Assembly (NCBI GenBank): GCA_038727095.1
Contig: JAVYWK010000011.1
Coordinates: forward strand, 1-62,310
DNA length: 62,310 nt
Source: Thermofilaceae archaeon
GTDB lineage: Archaea; Thermoproteota; Thermoprotei; Thermofilales; Thermofilaceae
Reading direction: 5' to 3'
Shown here piece by piece: positions 8,829 through 18,804 of the stretch. Positions within the stretch are counted from its first letter, which is position 1. Each line of letters begins with the position of its first letter. The position numbers were made by a program, and so were the translations under genes. The notes under the pieces were generated by a model. The model did not search any database and was not told where the DNA came from. It saw only the letters and a list, made by a program, of their open reading frames with translations.

Positions 8829-9563
8829 TTAGAGTTCTAGCTCTTCAGCTCCAAGCTCGATAGCAGCTCTCTCTTCGACTCTTTCAACCGCTCCATCTCG
8901 AATCCACACGATTCTGTCGCTAACGTCGATCATCTTAAGGTCGTGTGTCGCAGTAATGACGGTTACCCCCCTTTCCACGTTCAACTCCTTGAGTAGCTGC
9001 ACGATCCTCAGACCAGTCTGCAGGTCGAGGTTGCCGGTGGGCTCGTCGGCGAGGATGATTGCAGGGTCGTTGGCGAGGGCTCTAGCGATTGCAACCCTCT
9101 GCTGCTGCCCACCGCTCAACTCCGTCGGCCGGTGGTAAAGCCGATCCCCAAGCCCAACACGCTCAAGCAGTTTTTTCGCCTTCTCCTCCCTATCCTTCCT
9201 AGGAACGCCGGCAAAGATCATCGGAACCATCACGTTATCTAGTGCGGTTAGTACGGGGATGAGGTTGAAAGTCTGGAAGATGTAACCAACACGGTGGCAT
9301 CTAACCCAGGCTAATTGCTTTGGAGTTAGTGAAGCTAAGTCTCGACCGTCCAGGAGCACTCTACCCTTTGTGGGTTTATCAAGGCCTCCGATCATGTTGA
9401 ATAGGGTCGTCTTCCCGGAGCCGGAGGGCCCCAGGATTGATACATACTCACCGTACCTTATCTTCAGGTTTACGCCACGTAATGCTCTTACGACCTCCCC
9501 TCGCAGCATATAATACTTGTGTAGATCCTCAGCCACAACCACGTGCTCAGGCTTCTCAGCCAT
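8829..9563 (-). CDS. ABC transporter ATP-binding protein, LolD/MacB-like
   Basis: GPSGSGKT, LSGGQQQRVAIARAL, ADEPTGNLD, H-switch. Confidence 0.93.
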   Translation of the reverse strand: MAEKPEHVVVAEDLHKYYMLRGEVVRALRGVNLKIRYGEYVSILGPSGSGKTTLFNMIGGLDKPTKGRVLLDGRDLASLTPKQLAWVRCHRVGYIFQTFNLIPVLTALDNVMVPMIFAGVPRKDREEKAKKLLERVGLGDRLYHRPTELSGGQQQRVAIARALANDPAIILADEPTGNLDLQTGLRIVQLLKELNVERGVTVITATHDLKMIDVSDRIVWIRDGAVERVEERAAIELGAEELEL

Positions 9564-9689
9564 ACCTGCTCGTGAAGTCTCCTAAGCTCTAATATTAAAA
9601 CGTATTGCAAATACGATGGATGTGTGCCTAGCGTAATGCTTAATAGAGAGCTTCTAGGATGAGAGGGGCCGCATGGGTGAGGAGTAGAG

Positions 9690-9965
9690 ATGGAGTTTTG
9701 CCCAAAGTGTGGTTCAATCTTAGTTCCCCTGGTTTCGGAGGGGAAGTCCTACCTAGTATGTAGAAAATGCGGGTACAAGAGGGGGGCAACGGCTAAGCGA
9801 GGCTACGTTGTAAGGGAGGAAGTGGGCAAAGAAAAGAGAGAGAAGCTCGTAGTTATAGAAGGTGAGAGGGAGAGGGAGAAGGAAAAGCTGGAAGAGGAAA
9901 GAGAACTGCTGAAAGAGTACTACGAGATCTTCCTGGAGTCTATGGAGAGCGGGGAGACTGAGTAG
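9690..9965 (+). CDS. TFS/RpoM paralogue with N-terminal zinc ribbon only
   Basis: MEFCPKCGSIL...CRKCGY zinc ribbon. No C-terminal zinc ribbon or ADE motif; acidic helical tail instead. Confidence 0.82.
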   Translation: MEFCPKCGSILVPLVSEGKSYLVCRKCGYKRGATAKRGYVVREEVGKEKREKLVVIEGEREREKEKLEEERELLKEYYEIFLESMESGETE

Positions 9966-10006
9966 AGCGAAGTAGTTATCTCCGGGCTCTATCAGCGGGT
10001 TTCAGC

Positions 10007-11827
10007 ATGCGCATAGCGGTGGTTGAACGTAACCTCTGTAGAGTCAGCAAGTGCGGCCAGGAGTGTGTCCGCTTTTGCCCCATCAATAGGTCCGGTGCTA
10101 AGTGCGTTTGGGTCGATGACAACTTGAAACGTGCTGTTATCGATGAAAAACTCTGTGTGGGGTGCGGTATATGCGTAAGAAAGTGCCCTTTCAGCGCCAT
10201 ACACATCGTTAACCTCCCTGAGAAACTGCGCGGAGAGCTTGTACACAGGTACGGCCCAAGCGGCTTCGAACTCTTCCGTCTGCCTATACCCAAGCAAGGG
10301 TCTGTAGTAGGCATTATTGGAAGCAATGGTGTTGGAAAGTCGACATCACTCAAGATACTGTCCGGTGAGATCAAGCCCAATTTGGGTAGGCTTGAGGGAG
10401 TTGATTGGGATGAAATCATCCGTTACTTCAGGGGGTCGGAGCTCCAGACGTACTTTCAGAAACTAGCTAACGGGCGATTTATCGCTGTACGGAAGCCCCA
10501 GGAGATCGATGTCATACCGAAGTACGTAAAAGGTACCGTCAGGGACGTTCTAAAGCGTGTAGATGAAAACGGAGCAATGGATCAAATCGTCGAGTCTTTA
10601 GCGCTCCAGAAAGTGCTAGATAGGGGGGTCGGCCACTTGAGCGGCGGCGAGCTGCAGAAGCTAGCCATAGCGGCTGCCATGTGCCGCAACGCTGACGTAT
10701 ACGTATTCGATGAACCGTCAAGCTACCTCGACGTGAGAGAGAGGTTGAGGATTGCTCGCACCATACGAGAGTTGGCCAGGAAGGGGAAGTACGTTTTAGT
10801 GGTTGAACACGACTTGGCTCTACTCGACTACATGTCTGATTACGTCCACGTGCTTTATGGAGAGCCGGGAGCCTACGGAATTGTTAGCTTACCGAGAAGC
10901 GTGAGGACTGGCATCAACGTGTTCCTAAGAGGGGTCCTGAAAGAGGAGAACATACGATTCAGGGATCATGAAATCAGGTTCCACGTTAAGCCGCCAGAGC
11001 GTATCACCCGTCCCGGAGCAACCCTCGCTAGCTGGAGCATACTGATCAAGCACCTCGACGGTTTTGAGCTGGAGGTCGAGGCTGGTGAAATCTACGCGGG
11101 GGAAGTTGTTGGGGTTGTGGGTCCAAACGGTATCGGGAAAACCACTTTCGTGAGGATGCTTGTTGGAGAGTTAAAACCGGACAACGGTTGGGTCGAGATA
11201 AAGCCGGGCTCGAGGTTAAGCTACAAGCCCCAGATGGTACCCCGCGAATCAATGGTGGGTACCGTACGGGAGGTTCTCGAGAAGGCCGGCGTCGATCTGA
11301 GCGCGAGCATCACTTGGAGCGAGCTGATCCAGCCCCTCGGTATACATAAACTCATTGAGAGGGACGTAGCGGAGCTAAGTGGCGGTGAACTTCAGCGAGT
11401 TGCGATCGCTGCCGCTTTGGGCAGAGAGGCCGACATCTACCTGCTTGACGAGCCCATGGCCTACCTGGATGTCGAGCAGCGCTACGCGGTTGCGCGCGTA
11501 GTTAGGCGGCTAACCCAAGAGCGCGGTGTTGCAACGATAGTCGTAGAGCACGACCTCATGATACAGGACTTCATAGCCGATTCCCTCATGGTTTTTAGAG
11601 GTGAGCCGAGTTTAAAGGGTGAGGCTTCTCCCCCGCTAAGCTTGCGCAACGGCTTCAACACCCTCCTCGGAGAGCTTGGCGTGACGTTCAGGAGGGATCC
11701 GGACACTCTACGCCCCAGGGTCAATAAAGAGGACTCGAGGCTGGACAGGTACTTGAAAAGCCTCGGTGAGTACTACTACACGGCTGTCCTCGCCGAGGAG
11801 GGTGAGCAGGAAGCCCCTTCAAGCTGA
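10007..11827 (+). CDS. abce1: ribosome recycling factor ABCE1 (RLI1)
   Basis: N-terminal two-[4Fe-4S] cysteines (CVGCGICVRKCPF), two ABC domains, RPRVNK..S.LD hinge. Confidence 0.97.
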   Translation: MRIAVVERNLCRVSKCGQECVRFCPINRSGAKCVWVDDNLKRAVIDEKLCVGCGICVRKCPFSAIHIVNLPEKLRGELVHRYGPSGFELFRLPIPKQGSVVGIIGSNGVGKSTSLKILSGEIKPNLGRLEGVDWDEIIRYFRGSELQTYFQKLANGRFIAVRKPQEIDVIPKYVKGTVRDVLKRVDENGAMDQIVESLALQKVLDRGVGHLSGGELQKLAIAAAMCRNADVYVFDEPSSYLDVRERLRIARTIRELARKGKYVLVVEHDLALLDYMSDYVHVLYGEPGAYGIVSLPRSVRTGINVFLRGVLKEENIRFRDHEIRFHVKPPERITRPGATLASWSILIKHLDGFELEVEAGEIYAGEVVGVVGPNGIGKTTFVRMLVGELKPDNGWVEIKPGSRLSYKPQMVPRESMVGTVREVLEKAGVDLSASITWSELIQPLGIHKLIERDVAELSGGELQRVAIAAALGREADIYLLDEPMAYLDVEQRYAVARVVRRLTQERGVATIVVEHDLMIQDFIADSLMVFRGEPSLKGEASPPLSLRNGFNTLLGELGVTFRRDPDTLRPRVNKEDSRLDRYLKSLGEYYYTAVLAEEGEQEAPSS

Positions 11828-12886
11828 AGCCCGGTAACCGACGCCTTCCGCTGCAACTTTCACGCCCCCCTTCTCCTGCAAAACGGTGAATTTGGTACGG
11901 GTGAGCTGCTCGCAAAGCCAGATAGCCGTTTCCGCGTGACTGCTAAGCTCGTTTGATACCACCACTGATCGACCCTTAGCAAGAGCCATGTAAATTACGA
12001 TGTTGTCCAGAGCATGAGCATCGATCGGGGCACCACTACGCAACACGCTGATGAGCTTCTCAGCCGCTTCGCGCCCCACAACTTCCGCCCTCTTGCCTTT
12101 CTCTCCCAATGCGTCCGCACCCACAACGCCGTTCTCGTACTCCGCCCAAAGGACTATCCCGCTGCCCGGGCCGACTGCAGGGGTTTCCACGTCAATAACG
12201 ATCTCGCTCAGGTAATCCCCGAATCCAGCGAGCCTCAACGCATCTCGAGCTGAAGCCGCCTGCCTTTCGGCAACGTGCCGCGGCAGGTTAGCGGCGTATG
12301 AGATGCCCCTAATCTCCCTCAGTTCCCCCGCCCTCTCGATCTCAACTGGCTTTAGCGGGTAAGAGGGAAAGACATTAACATCCACAATCCCTCCCCCTTG
12401 CGGGTAGAAGCCTCTGCGTACCACCTTCAATTCGACCCTTAAGCCGAACTTTCTCAAGAGGGGTATGAGGACATGCTCGAAATAGTTGATCGGAGGGGAC
12501 CAGCTAACGTCCGTCCCTCCTCTCACGCGTAAGGCCACCATATCGGTTGCGGCCGCTAGCACGGGAAGCGCGGCTTGAAGTAGGAGCGAAACACTACCCG
12601 CAGTGCCGATATCCACCTCAAGCTTGCCTCCTCTTGGCCTTCCTCTAGGCTTTACGACCATCTCCATCGACCCGATGAACAATCCTTCAACGTTCGCACC
12701 CACGAGCTGCGCTATCGTTCTAACCGCCGCCAAGTGCTGGGGTCTTAAGCCGGGAGGAGATCTCTTCGCGCGGATGTTCACGACTCTCACGTCTATACCC
12801 ATGAGCGACGCGAGAGCCACGCTGTAACGCAGCAACTGGCCTCCACCTTCGCCGTATGAACCATCGATGACTATCATACCTATCAC
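11819..12886 (-). CDS. rtcA: RNA 3'-terminal phosphate cyclase
   Basis: IDGSYGEGGGQ.LR, PGL.PQH, TAGSV.L, GGTDV..SP, RRGFYP.GGG and D.H..D motifs. Confidence 0.95.
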   Translation of the reverse strand: MIGMIVIDGSYGEGGGQLLRYSVALASLMGIDVRVVNIRAKRSPPGLRPQHLAAVRTIAQLVGANVEGLFIGSMEMVVKPRGRPRGGKLEVDIGTAGSVSLLLQAALPVLAAATDMVALRVRGGTDVSWSPPINYFEHVLIPLLRKFGLRVELKVVRRGFYPQGGGIVDVNVFPSYPLKPVEIERAGELREIRGISYAANLPRHVAERQAASARDALRLAGFGDYLSEIVIDVETPAVGPGSGIVLWAEYENGVVGADALGEKGKRAEVVGREAAEKLISVLRSGAPIDAHALDNIVIYMALAKGRSVVVSNELSSHAETAIWLCEQLTRTKFTVLQEKGGVKVAAEGVGYRASA

Positions 12887-12888
12887 CC

Positions 12889-13467
12889 CTACCTGCCTTC
12901 AAGCGCCTTTTTTACTGCCACTACGCGCTGTAGCGCTGTTGCAGCCGTAAGAGCGAGCAAGAGGAGGGTCAACGTTCTCGCTGCACCAACGTGGAAGGAT
13001 GCGGAGAAGAATATGATGGCTTTAAAGATCGTCCTTTCCCCTCTTTCCATTAATCCCACCCCAGCCAGGTTCACACCTAGGCTTTCAGCCCTTGCTCTCG
13101 TGTAGCTCACAACGAACTCCGCCGTCAAGAGTGCAAACGCGTAGGGATAATCCACTATATTCGCCGCCGCGAGCGCGCACGTATAGAGGGAGTCGCTCAC
13201 CCGATCCGCAGTTGAGTCAAGGAATGCACCAAACATGCTTTGCATCCCCTTCTTCTTGGCTATGTACCCGTCAAAACCGTCTAGAGACGCTGAGGCAAGC
13301 AGCGCTATAGCAACGAGGGAGGGTGAGGCCCCTAGGTATGCCATGACAGGAACGATGGGAGAGAGGGCTAGCGCGGTTACCGTTATCGTGTTCGGCTTCA
13401 GGGGGATCTTCGCAACCCCCAATGCATCGAGCAACTTTTCAAGGCTTCCTCGAGCCTTGTTAAACAT
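12889..13467 (-). CDS. CDP-alcohol phosphatidyltransferase (archaetidylinositol phosphate synthase-like)
   Basis: PN.IT, DGFDGYIAK...FGAFLDSTADR, SYTRARAE, GLMERGER. Start chosen at MFNK. Confidence 0.9.
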   Translation of the reverse strand: MFNKARGSLEKLLDALGVAKIPLKPNTITVTALALSPIVPVMAYLGASPSLVAIALLASASLDGFDGYIAKKKGMQSMFGAFLDSTADRVSDSLYTCALAAANIVDYPYAFALLTAEFVVSYTRARAESLGVNLAGVGLMERGERTIFKAIIFFSASFHVGAARTLTLLLLALTAATALQRVVAVKKALEGR

Positions 13468-13822
13468 TAGTACTCCCTTTCCTAGCTTGGAGGAGGATGA
13501 TAGCTTGAGCCAGATCCCCACCAGTTTCCTTTAGGGCATTTCTGGCCTCATCCATCGAGACTCCCGCCTGTTCTGCCACCAGCTTCACGTCCTCCTCCGA
13601 GAACTCCAGGATCACCTGCTCCTCCCGAGGCTTTTCCACCTCGCGTCCCGTTACCTGGTACATTCGTTCACCCTGCACCTCGATTAACGTCACCGTAGGG
13701 TCTTCGATTACGATTTCCTTGTCAGCTAGGACGAAAACGACCCTCTCGCATGCTAGCTGGTTAACTTTCATCCCCAGTTTTCTCATCATACGTTCGAGCT
13801 CTCTCGGCGATACTCTCCGCAA
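13460..13822 (-). CDS. nac: nascent polypeptide-associated complex protein
   Basis: MMRKLG NAC domain plus UBA-like EEDVKLVAEQAGV...GDLAQAI. Confidence 0.93.
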   Translation of the reverse strand: MRRVSPRELERMMRKLGMKVNQLACERVVFVLADKEIVIEDPTVTLIEVQGERMYQVTGREVEKPREEQVILEFSEEDVKLVAEQAGVSMDEARNALKETGGDLAQAIILLQARKGSTNV

Positions 13823-14531
13823 CCCTCCTCACCCCCTCCTCGATGAGAATCTTCAGATTAATTATGTTTTCCTCAGCTATGTGACAACTGATCAGCCCCC
13901 CAAGATCGATTGCGCGAGCAACGCGATCAAGCAGCAGGGAATCGCTAGTAGCCACTGCGTACTCACCGCTGCAGGAGATGAGGAAACTGTCGGCTTTGCT
14001 GCTTGTGATTGACGAGCCCTTCAGATTAAAGTTCCTCATTAGTTCCTGCGTTAACCGAGATAGTTCGCCACTTCTGCTGACTTGCGCGTCGAACACGATG
14101 AACACTTCGTGAGCTCCCAGCCTCGCGATATAGTGTAGCATGAGGGAGAGCGCGGATGCGAGTACCGGGCTCACTCTCACTTTTCTCACGGTGGCAGAGA
14201 GATCCCTGACAAAGCCGTCCGTAGCTAGGATCAAACTATCACCTACGAGCGCGGATTGAACTGTGGAGAGAACGTTAAAGCCGTCGATGGCTAGGCTTGA
14301 AGGGTTCTGAAGATGCTTTGAAGCCCGTTCGTGAGATGTACTTCTGTCGAAGACTCCGCGGTAAAGCACGAGCCTCTCTAGCCTGCTTAAGTTCCACCGC
14401 GCGGTTACCACATTTAATGCGGCATCCCGGTTGTACCCCCTCTCGAGGAGGTAGAGGAAATCAACGCCGGCTTCTAAAAGCCTTCTCGTTAAATGAATTC
14501 TAATGGGGTTGGGCTTTGAGTAGTAGCGCAT
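13761..14531 (-). CDS. DUF434-domain (PIN-like) protein
   Basis: EA..D..YLL.RGY, IDGFNVL.T, DG..RDL, SRSGEL, ATSDS. Start uncertain. Confidence 0.8.
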   Translation of the reverse strand: MRYYSKPNPIRIHLTRRLLEAGVDFLYLLERGYNRDAALNVVTARWNLSRLERLVLYRGVFDRSTSHERASKHLQNPSSLAIDGFNVLSTVQSALVGDSLILATDGFVRDLSATVRKVRVSPVLASALSLMLHYIARLGAHEVFIVFDAQVSRSGELSRLTQELMRNFNLKGSSITSSKADSFLISCSGEYAVATSDSLLLDRVARAIDLGGLISCHIAEENIINLKILIEEGVRRVAESIAERARTYDEKTGDES

Positions 14532-17223
14532 CTCTCAAAGCAGAGCAAAACGCTAGCGGCTCCTCCACCTTGCCTGACACCAGATCGGGTGCTCCACCCC
14601 CTCTCCCATTCACCCTGCGAAGGAGTTCCTCATTCAGTTTTCTAGCATCTAAGCCTTCCCCCACTAACTCATCGCTGACCTTTACAGCGTAGCTGCCTTT
14701 CCTGTTGACGACTCCCACGACCGCGCGTTTTAGGTTCTTACCGACTCGGAGCGCGAACTCTTTTACGTCGTCTTCCTCTACTAAGACGGCAACGAAATTT
14801 AAGCCCGCTACCTGCTCCGCCTGCAACGCGACTCGTGCCGCTTCCGCGTCAAGAAGCCTACCCTTTAGCTCCTTAAGCTCTTTAGCCAGCACGTCACGCT
14901 CCTTCAAAAGCTCACTCACCGAGTCGACAACTCTACTCTGCTCGGTTCCCAGAATGTCAGCGATCTGGCTCAGGCTTTCTTCGAGCTGTTGAGCGTACTC
15001 AACCGCAGCGCTACCTACTTTGAAGATAAGGCGCGACACCCCGTCCTGGATTCTCTCTGCCTTAACGATCTTTATGAGTCCAACCTCCCCTGTGCTCGAG
15101 CAATGAACCCCTCCGCAGGCCTCTACGTCCCAACCCTCGATCTCAACGACCCTTAGCCTTGCGCCCGGTACCACACCACCCTGGTAGAGGGTGAAGCCGT
15201 ACTTCATCTCTGCCTTTGAGCGATCCTCGAAGAATGCTCGCACAGGTCTGTTCTCCATTACTACTAGATTCGCCAGGCGTTCGATCTGCTTCAACTCCTC
15301 CGGTGTAATTTTCTTGTGGTGGGTTACATCCAACCTGCTCTGCTCTACACCCTTCTGAGCCCCTGCCTGCCAGACGTGTTTTCCGAGAACTCTTCTAGCA
15401 GCACCCAGGACTATATGCGTGGCAGTATGGTTGCGCATGAGCGCAAACCTCCTCTCAGCGTTGACTAGGCCCTTCACCTTAGCGCCGGTCGGGGGTACTG
15501 GCCCCTCGCATTCGTGAATCACGATGCCTCCAACGTCGAGCACTCTAACGACATGGCACGTACCCTCCTCCCAGCTCAAAATCCCAAGGTCGTGAGGCTG
15601 TCCCCCGCCCTCTGGGTAGAAGGCCGTTCGATCTAAAATGACCCGGTTACCCTCAGATCGTAGCACAGTAGCGTCGAACTGTAGCATCCGAGGGCTAATG
15701 TAGTAGAGCTTCTCAGTCGGCTTGAGCCCTTCGATCAATTTGGCTAGCTCCACTCCCACTCGTTCCTCAAGCCTTCTCGTCTCCTGGTGCTTCGAAACTA
15801 GCGTGAGGTAGAAGTCGACTGGCACGTTCACCACCAGGCCGTGTTTTGAGAGCTCCTCTGCAACAATCTCCGGGGGTAGGCCGTGGGACTCATACAACTC
15901 GGCGAGCAAAATCGCTGGAAGTTCGTTGCGGCCCTTAGCTTTCAATTCCTTGGCAAGCCTGGCTAGTGTTCGTTTGCCTTGCTGAAGAGTTTCAGAGAAC
16001 CTTTTCTCCTCATAACTCACGATATCAATGATTTCATCTTCGATCTCTCGATATTCAGGAAAGTCTAAACTCCAGTGTCTAATCTGCCGCGCTACAATTT
16101 CGGCGAGAGACTTCTCGATCCCCAACTTCCACAAATGTCGGAGCGCTCTACGTATCAACAGTCTTGCCAGGTAGCCGGCACCAACGTTCGAGGGTACGAC
16201 ACCGTCACCGATCATCCAAAGCAGTGTACGGGTGTGATCAACCAGTGCGAAGAGATCGTGGTACGGGCTTATCGCGCCTTTGAGCTCCTCCAGGCTTACC
16301 TCGAGGCTTTTTGCGATCTCTTCCAGCTGACGCTGAGCCTCTAAAGGTTTTTTAAAGTCCAACTTACCGGACTTCCTAGCAACCGCTAAGGCGATCCTCG
16401 GGTCTAGGGGCTTGAGGCCTACCTCCCTCACTAATTGGTCTATGATGCTCGGGAATACCGCGTCGTAAACTGTGGGTGTTCCCTTTAGGAGCCAGAGTAG
16501 GCGCTCCAGGCCGTAGCCGGTATCTACGATCCTGTTAGGCATGGGTACGAACTTTTCTCCTACAACGCGGTAGTGCATGAAGACCAGTGTTGCAACTTCC
16601 AATCCTTTGACTAGCACCTCGTAGTCTTCGCCGGCGTTACCCCCGCCGCTCCACCAATCGAACTTGAACGATATTTGCTCGGGCGGTATCTTGAATACCT
16701 CGGTCAAAACCCTGAACGCGTAGCGGACAGTTTCGTCGGCCCAGTACACGGTCTTATCGCCTATGTTAAACGCGTGATGGGCCATCATCTCGAAACCTGT
16801 CAAGTGACGACCGCTTCTACCGACGTTTTCGAGGTCCGTCAACCTTACACTTGGTTGCGATATTACGAGCGGATTAGCTGGTGGCTCCACAACCCCCTCG
16901 GTTACCCACGGTTGAAAGTCATAGATCGAAGCTCCGACCAAGTACACGTCGTCTCTCCATCTCGCAACCACGGGATATCGATTAATCCGAGCGTGCCCCT
17001 CCTTCTCGAAGAATGTTAGAAAAGCTTCTCTGACATCTCTGGGCTCTTTGAACACAGAGACGAGAGTTTCGCCGACGAACTCGTAATCGGTGCACGGCTG
17101 ATCTCCACAAACATCTTGCTCTGGGTTTAGTGTCCAGAAACTTTTCCCGCATAACTTACACTTCTTCAGGAGAAAGCCGTTCTCCCTGAAGAATGGCAGA
17201 TGTAGGAACTCTTCCTCTCCCAT
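14500..17223 (-). CDS. alaS: alanyl-tRNA synthetase
   Basis: YPVVARWRDD, ASIYDFQP, GRSGRHL, editing HTATH and ACGG.HC motifs, DHHA1 C-terminus. Confidence 0.97.
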   Translation of the reverse strand: MGEEEFLHLPFFRENGFLLKKCKLCGKSFWTLNPEQDVCGDQPCTDYEFVGETLVSVFKEPRDVREAFLTFFEKEGHARINRYPVVARWRDDVYLVGASIYDFQPWVTEGVVEPPANPLVISQPSVRLTDLENVGRSGRHLTGFEMMAHHAFNIGDKTVYWADETVRYAFRVLTEVFKIPPEQISFKFDWWSGGGNAGEDYEVLVKGLEVATLVFMHYRVVGEKFVPMPNRIVDTGYGLERLLWLLKGTPTVYDAVFPSIIDQLVREVGLKPLDPRIALAVARKSGKLDFKKPLEAQRQLEEIAKSLEVSLEELKGAISPYHDLFALVDHTRTLLWMIGDGVVPSNVGAGYLARLLIRRALRHLWKLGIEKSLAEIVARQIRHWSLDFPEYREIEDEIIDIVSYEEKRFSETLQQGKRTLARLAKELKAKGRNELPAILLAELYESHGLPPEIVAEELSKHGLVVNVPVDFYLTLVSKHQETRRLEERVGVELAKLIEGLKPTEKLYYISPRMLQFDATVLRSEGNRVILDRTAFYPEGGGQPHDLGILSWEEGTCHVVRVLDVGGIVIHECEGPVPPTGAKVKGLVNAERRFALMRNHTATHIVLGAARRVLGKHVWQAGAQKGVEQSRLDVTHHKKITPEELKQIERLANLVVMENRPVRAFFEDRSKAEMKYGFTLYQGGVVPGARLRVVEIEGWDVEACGGVHCSSTGEVGLIKIVKAERIQDGVSRLIFKVGSAAVEYAQQLEESLSQIADILGTEQSRVVDSVSELLKERDVLAKELKELKGRLLDAEAARVALQAEQVAGLNFVAVLVEEDDVKEFALRVGKNLKRAVVGVVNRKGSYAVKVSDELVGEGLDARKLNEELLRRVNGRGGGAPDLVSGKVEEPLAFCSALRDALLLKAQPH

Positions 17224-17266
17224 GCTGTGCAGGGTTATAGCTTGAACAAAATAACCTTTTGCTTGC

Positions 17267-18157
17267 TCACGCGAAATTTGGGTTCTGCTGCTTGAGGAGG
17301 TTGTAAAGGGCCGAAGCCTCCAGGTAAGCCTTCGATAGACTGCGCTCGATCACTCCTGGCAGCGGTAGCGCAAGCGCTTCCGCTAATGCGTCAGCCTGCG
17401 CGACAGCCCTTGAAATTAGCACATGGATGACTTCTGGGAGAGGTAGGTAGGCGTTGATAGCTAGGTTGATCGCCTCCTGCTGAGCTTCGGTAAGCGATTT
17501 AGAGTAATCTTCCGGTTCAAACGATACCTCACCGGGCTCAACTATGCGCCCATCAACGCTGATCATTTTTATCGGGATGGTTATCTCGATCGGTTTGATG
17601 TTGAGTTTGCCTAGCAGCTCAGCTAGCTCCGGAGTGATGACATCGCCCTTCTTCGCGACAACGGTGTCGGAAACCACCCAAATTGTTCCTTCCATAACTC
17701 TGATCGGAATCTTAAGCTTACCGAAGAGGCTCATCGAAGGGCCTGGCGCAATTCCCGTATTTCCCGAGGACACGACGATATCGCTTGTGGCTATATCGTT
17801 AGGCGCGGCTTTACGCGTCATCTTGTACTCCTTGAGCAGGAAGAGGGCGAGAGTGAAGGGGTTTTCGTTGGTGAATATCACGGCATTCTGGCCAGTCAAT
17901 TTGGCAACGAGCTTATCGGGAGTTTCTCTTCGAAGATCCTGCAACGCTTTTAGGAAAACTCTATTCTTTACCACCTTCAGCGCAGCCCCGCGTTCCATGA
18001 GTTTACGGCGTAGCGTGTGTAGCGCCGATGCGGGGATTCCCGTCACATCTATTACGAGATAGAAACTGTACTTCGAAAGGAGCTCAGTGTAGCTCTTTAA
18101 CTTCGCAACCTTGCTAGGCGAGTGAATCCTAATCCTTAAACCGGTTAGCGCGCTCAT
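17267..18157 (-). CDS. rpl10: 50S ribosomal protein uL10 (P0), lacking acidic C-terminal tail
   Basis: VVKNR, FTNENPF, GNTGIAPGP, LL.KLNIKP and three P1-binding helical repeats; follows L1. Confidence 0.93.
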   Translation of the reverse strand: MSALTGLRIRIHSPSKVAKLKSYTELLSKYSFYLVIDVTGIPASALHTLRRKLMERGAALKVVKNRVFLKALQDLRRETPDKLVAKLTGQNAVIFTNENPFTLALFLLKEYKMTRKAAPNDIATSDIVVSSGNTGIAPGPSMSLFGKLKIPIRVMEGTIWVVSDTVVAKKGDVITPELAELLGKLNIKPIEITIPIKMISVDGRIVEPGEVSFEPEDYSKSLTEAQQEAINLAINAYLPLPEVIHVLISRAVAQADALAEALALPLPGVIERSLSKAYLEASALYNLLKQQNPNFA

Positions 18158-18804
18158 ATCACCGCCACCTCAACAGGAGGCCCCATAGATAGTTTCAAGT
18201 AAACCTTCTCTATATTGTACGGTTTGAACCTGTTCAGTAAGAAACTCAACACCGTCGCAGCATTCTCCGCCACCTCCTTGGGGTTCTGAATCTCACTGCC
18301 TATCTTACACGCAATCTGGGGTTGATCTCTTAACTTGATCCGTACCGACCTCTTCGCTCGATCAATAGCGGCCGCTAAATCAGCGCTGGGTAGGATTGGT
18401 TGCGGCATCTTAGCTCGCGGACCGAGGTAGCGCCCTAACAGTCTACCTACTAGCGGCATTAAGTCGGCCTGCGCCAAGAATACGTCGTACTTCTTAGCAA
18501 GCTTCTTGGCCTCCTTTTTGCTAGCAGCGATCTTCTCCAGATCCGCTCTAGAGAGTACGACGTCAGCGCCCGCCTCCTTGGCCCTGAGCATCAGATCACC
18601 CTCGGCGATCACTGCAACGGTAGATAGCTTATCGGGTGGTGGGTACGGAAGGACGACGAGCTCGACAAACCTGTTCTCGCTCTGCTTCACATCAATGTCC
18701 CGGAGCTTCACTACCATCTCGTAGCTCTGCACAAACCTGCGCGGCTTTGCCTTGGATTTAGCTTCCTCAATAGCTTTGATTACTCTATCAATTTTCACGC
18801 TCAT
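18154..18804 (-). CDS. rpl1: 50S ribosomal protein uL1
   Basis: RRFVQSYE, LGRYLGPR.KMP, YLKLSMGP. Confidence 0.96.
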   Translation of the reverse strand: MSVKIDRVIKAIEEAKSKAKPRRFVQSYEMVVKLRDIDVKQSENRFVELVVLPYPPPDKLSTVAVIAEGDLMLRAKEAGADVVLSRADLEKIAASKKEAKKLAKKYDVFLAQADLMPLVGRLLGRYLGPRAKMPQPILPSADLAAAIDRAKRSVRIKLRDQPQIACKIGSEIQNPKEVAENAATVLSFLLNRFKPYNIEKVYLKLSMGPPVEVAVI

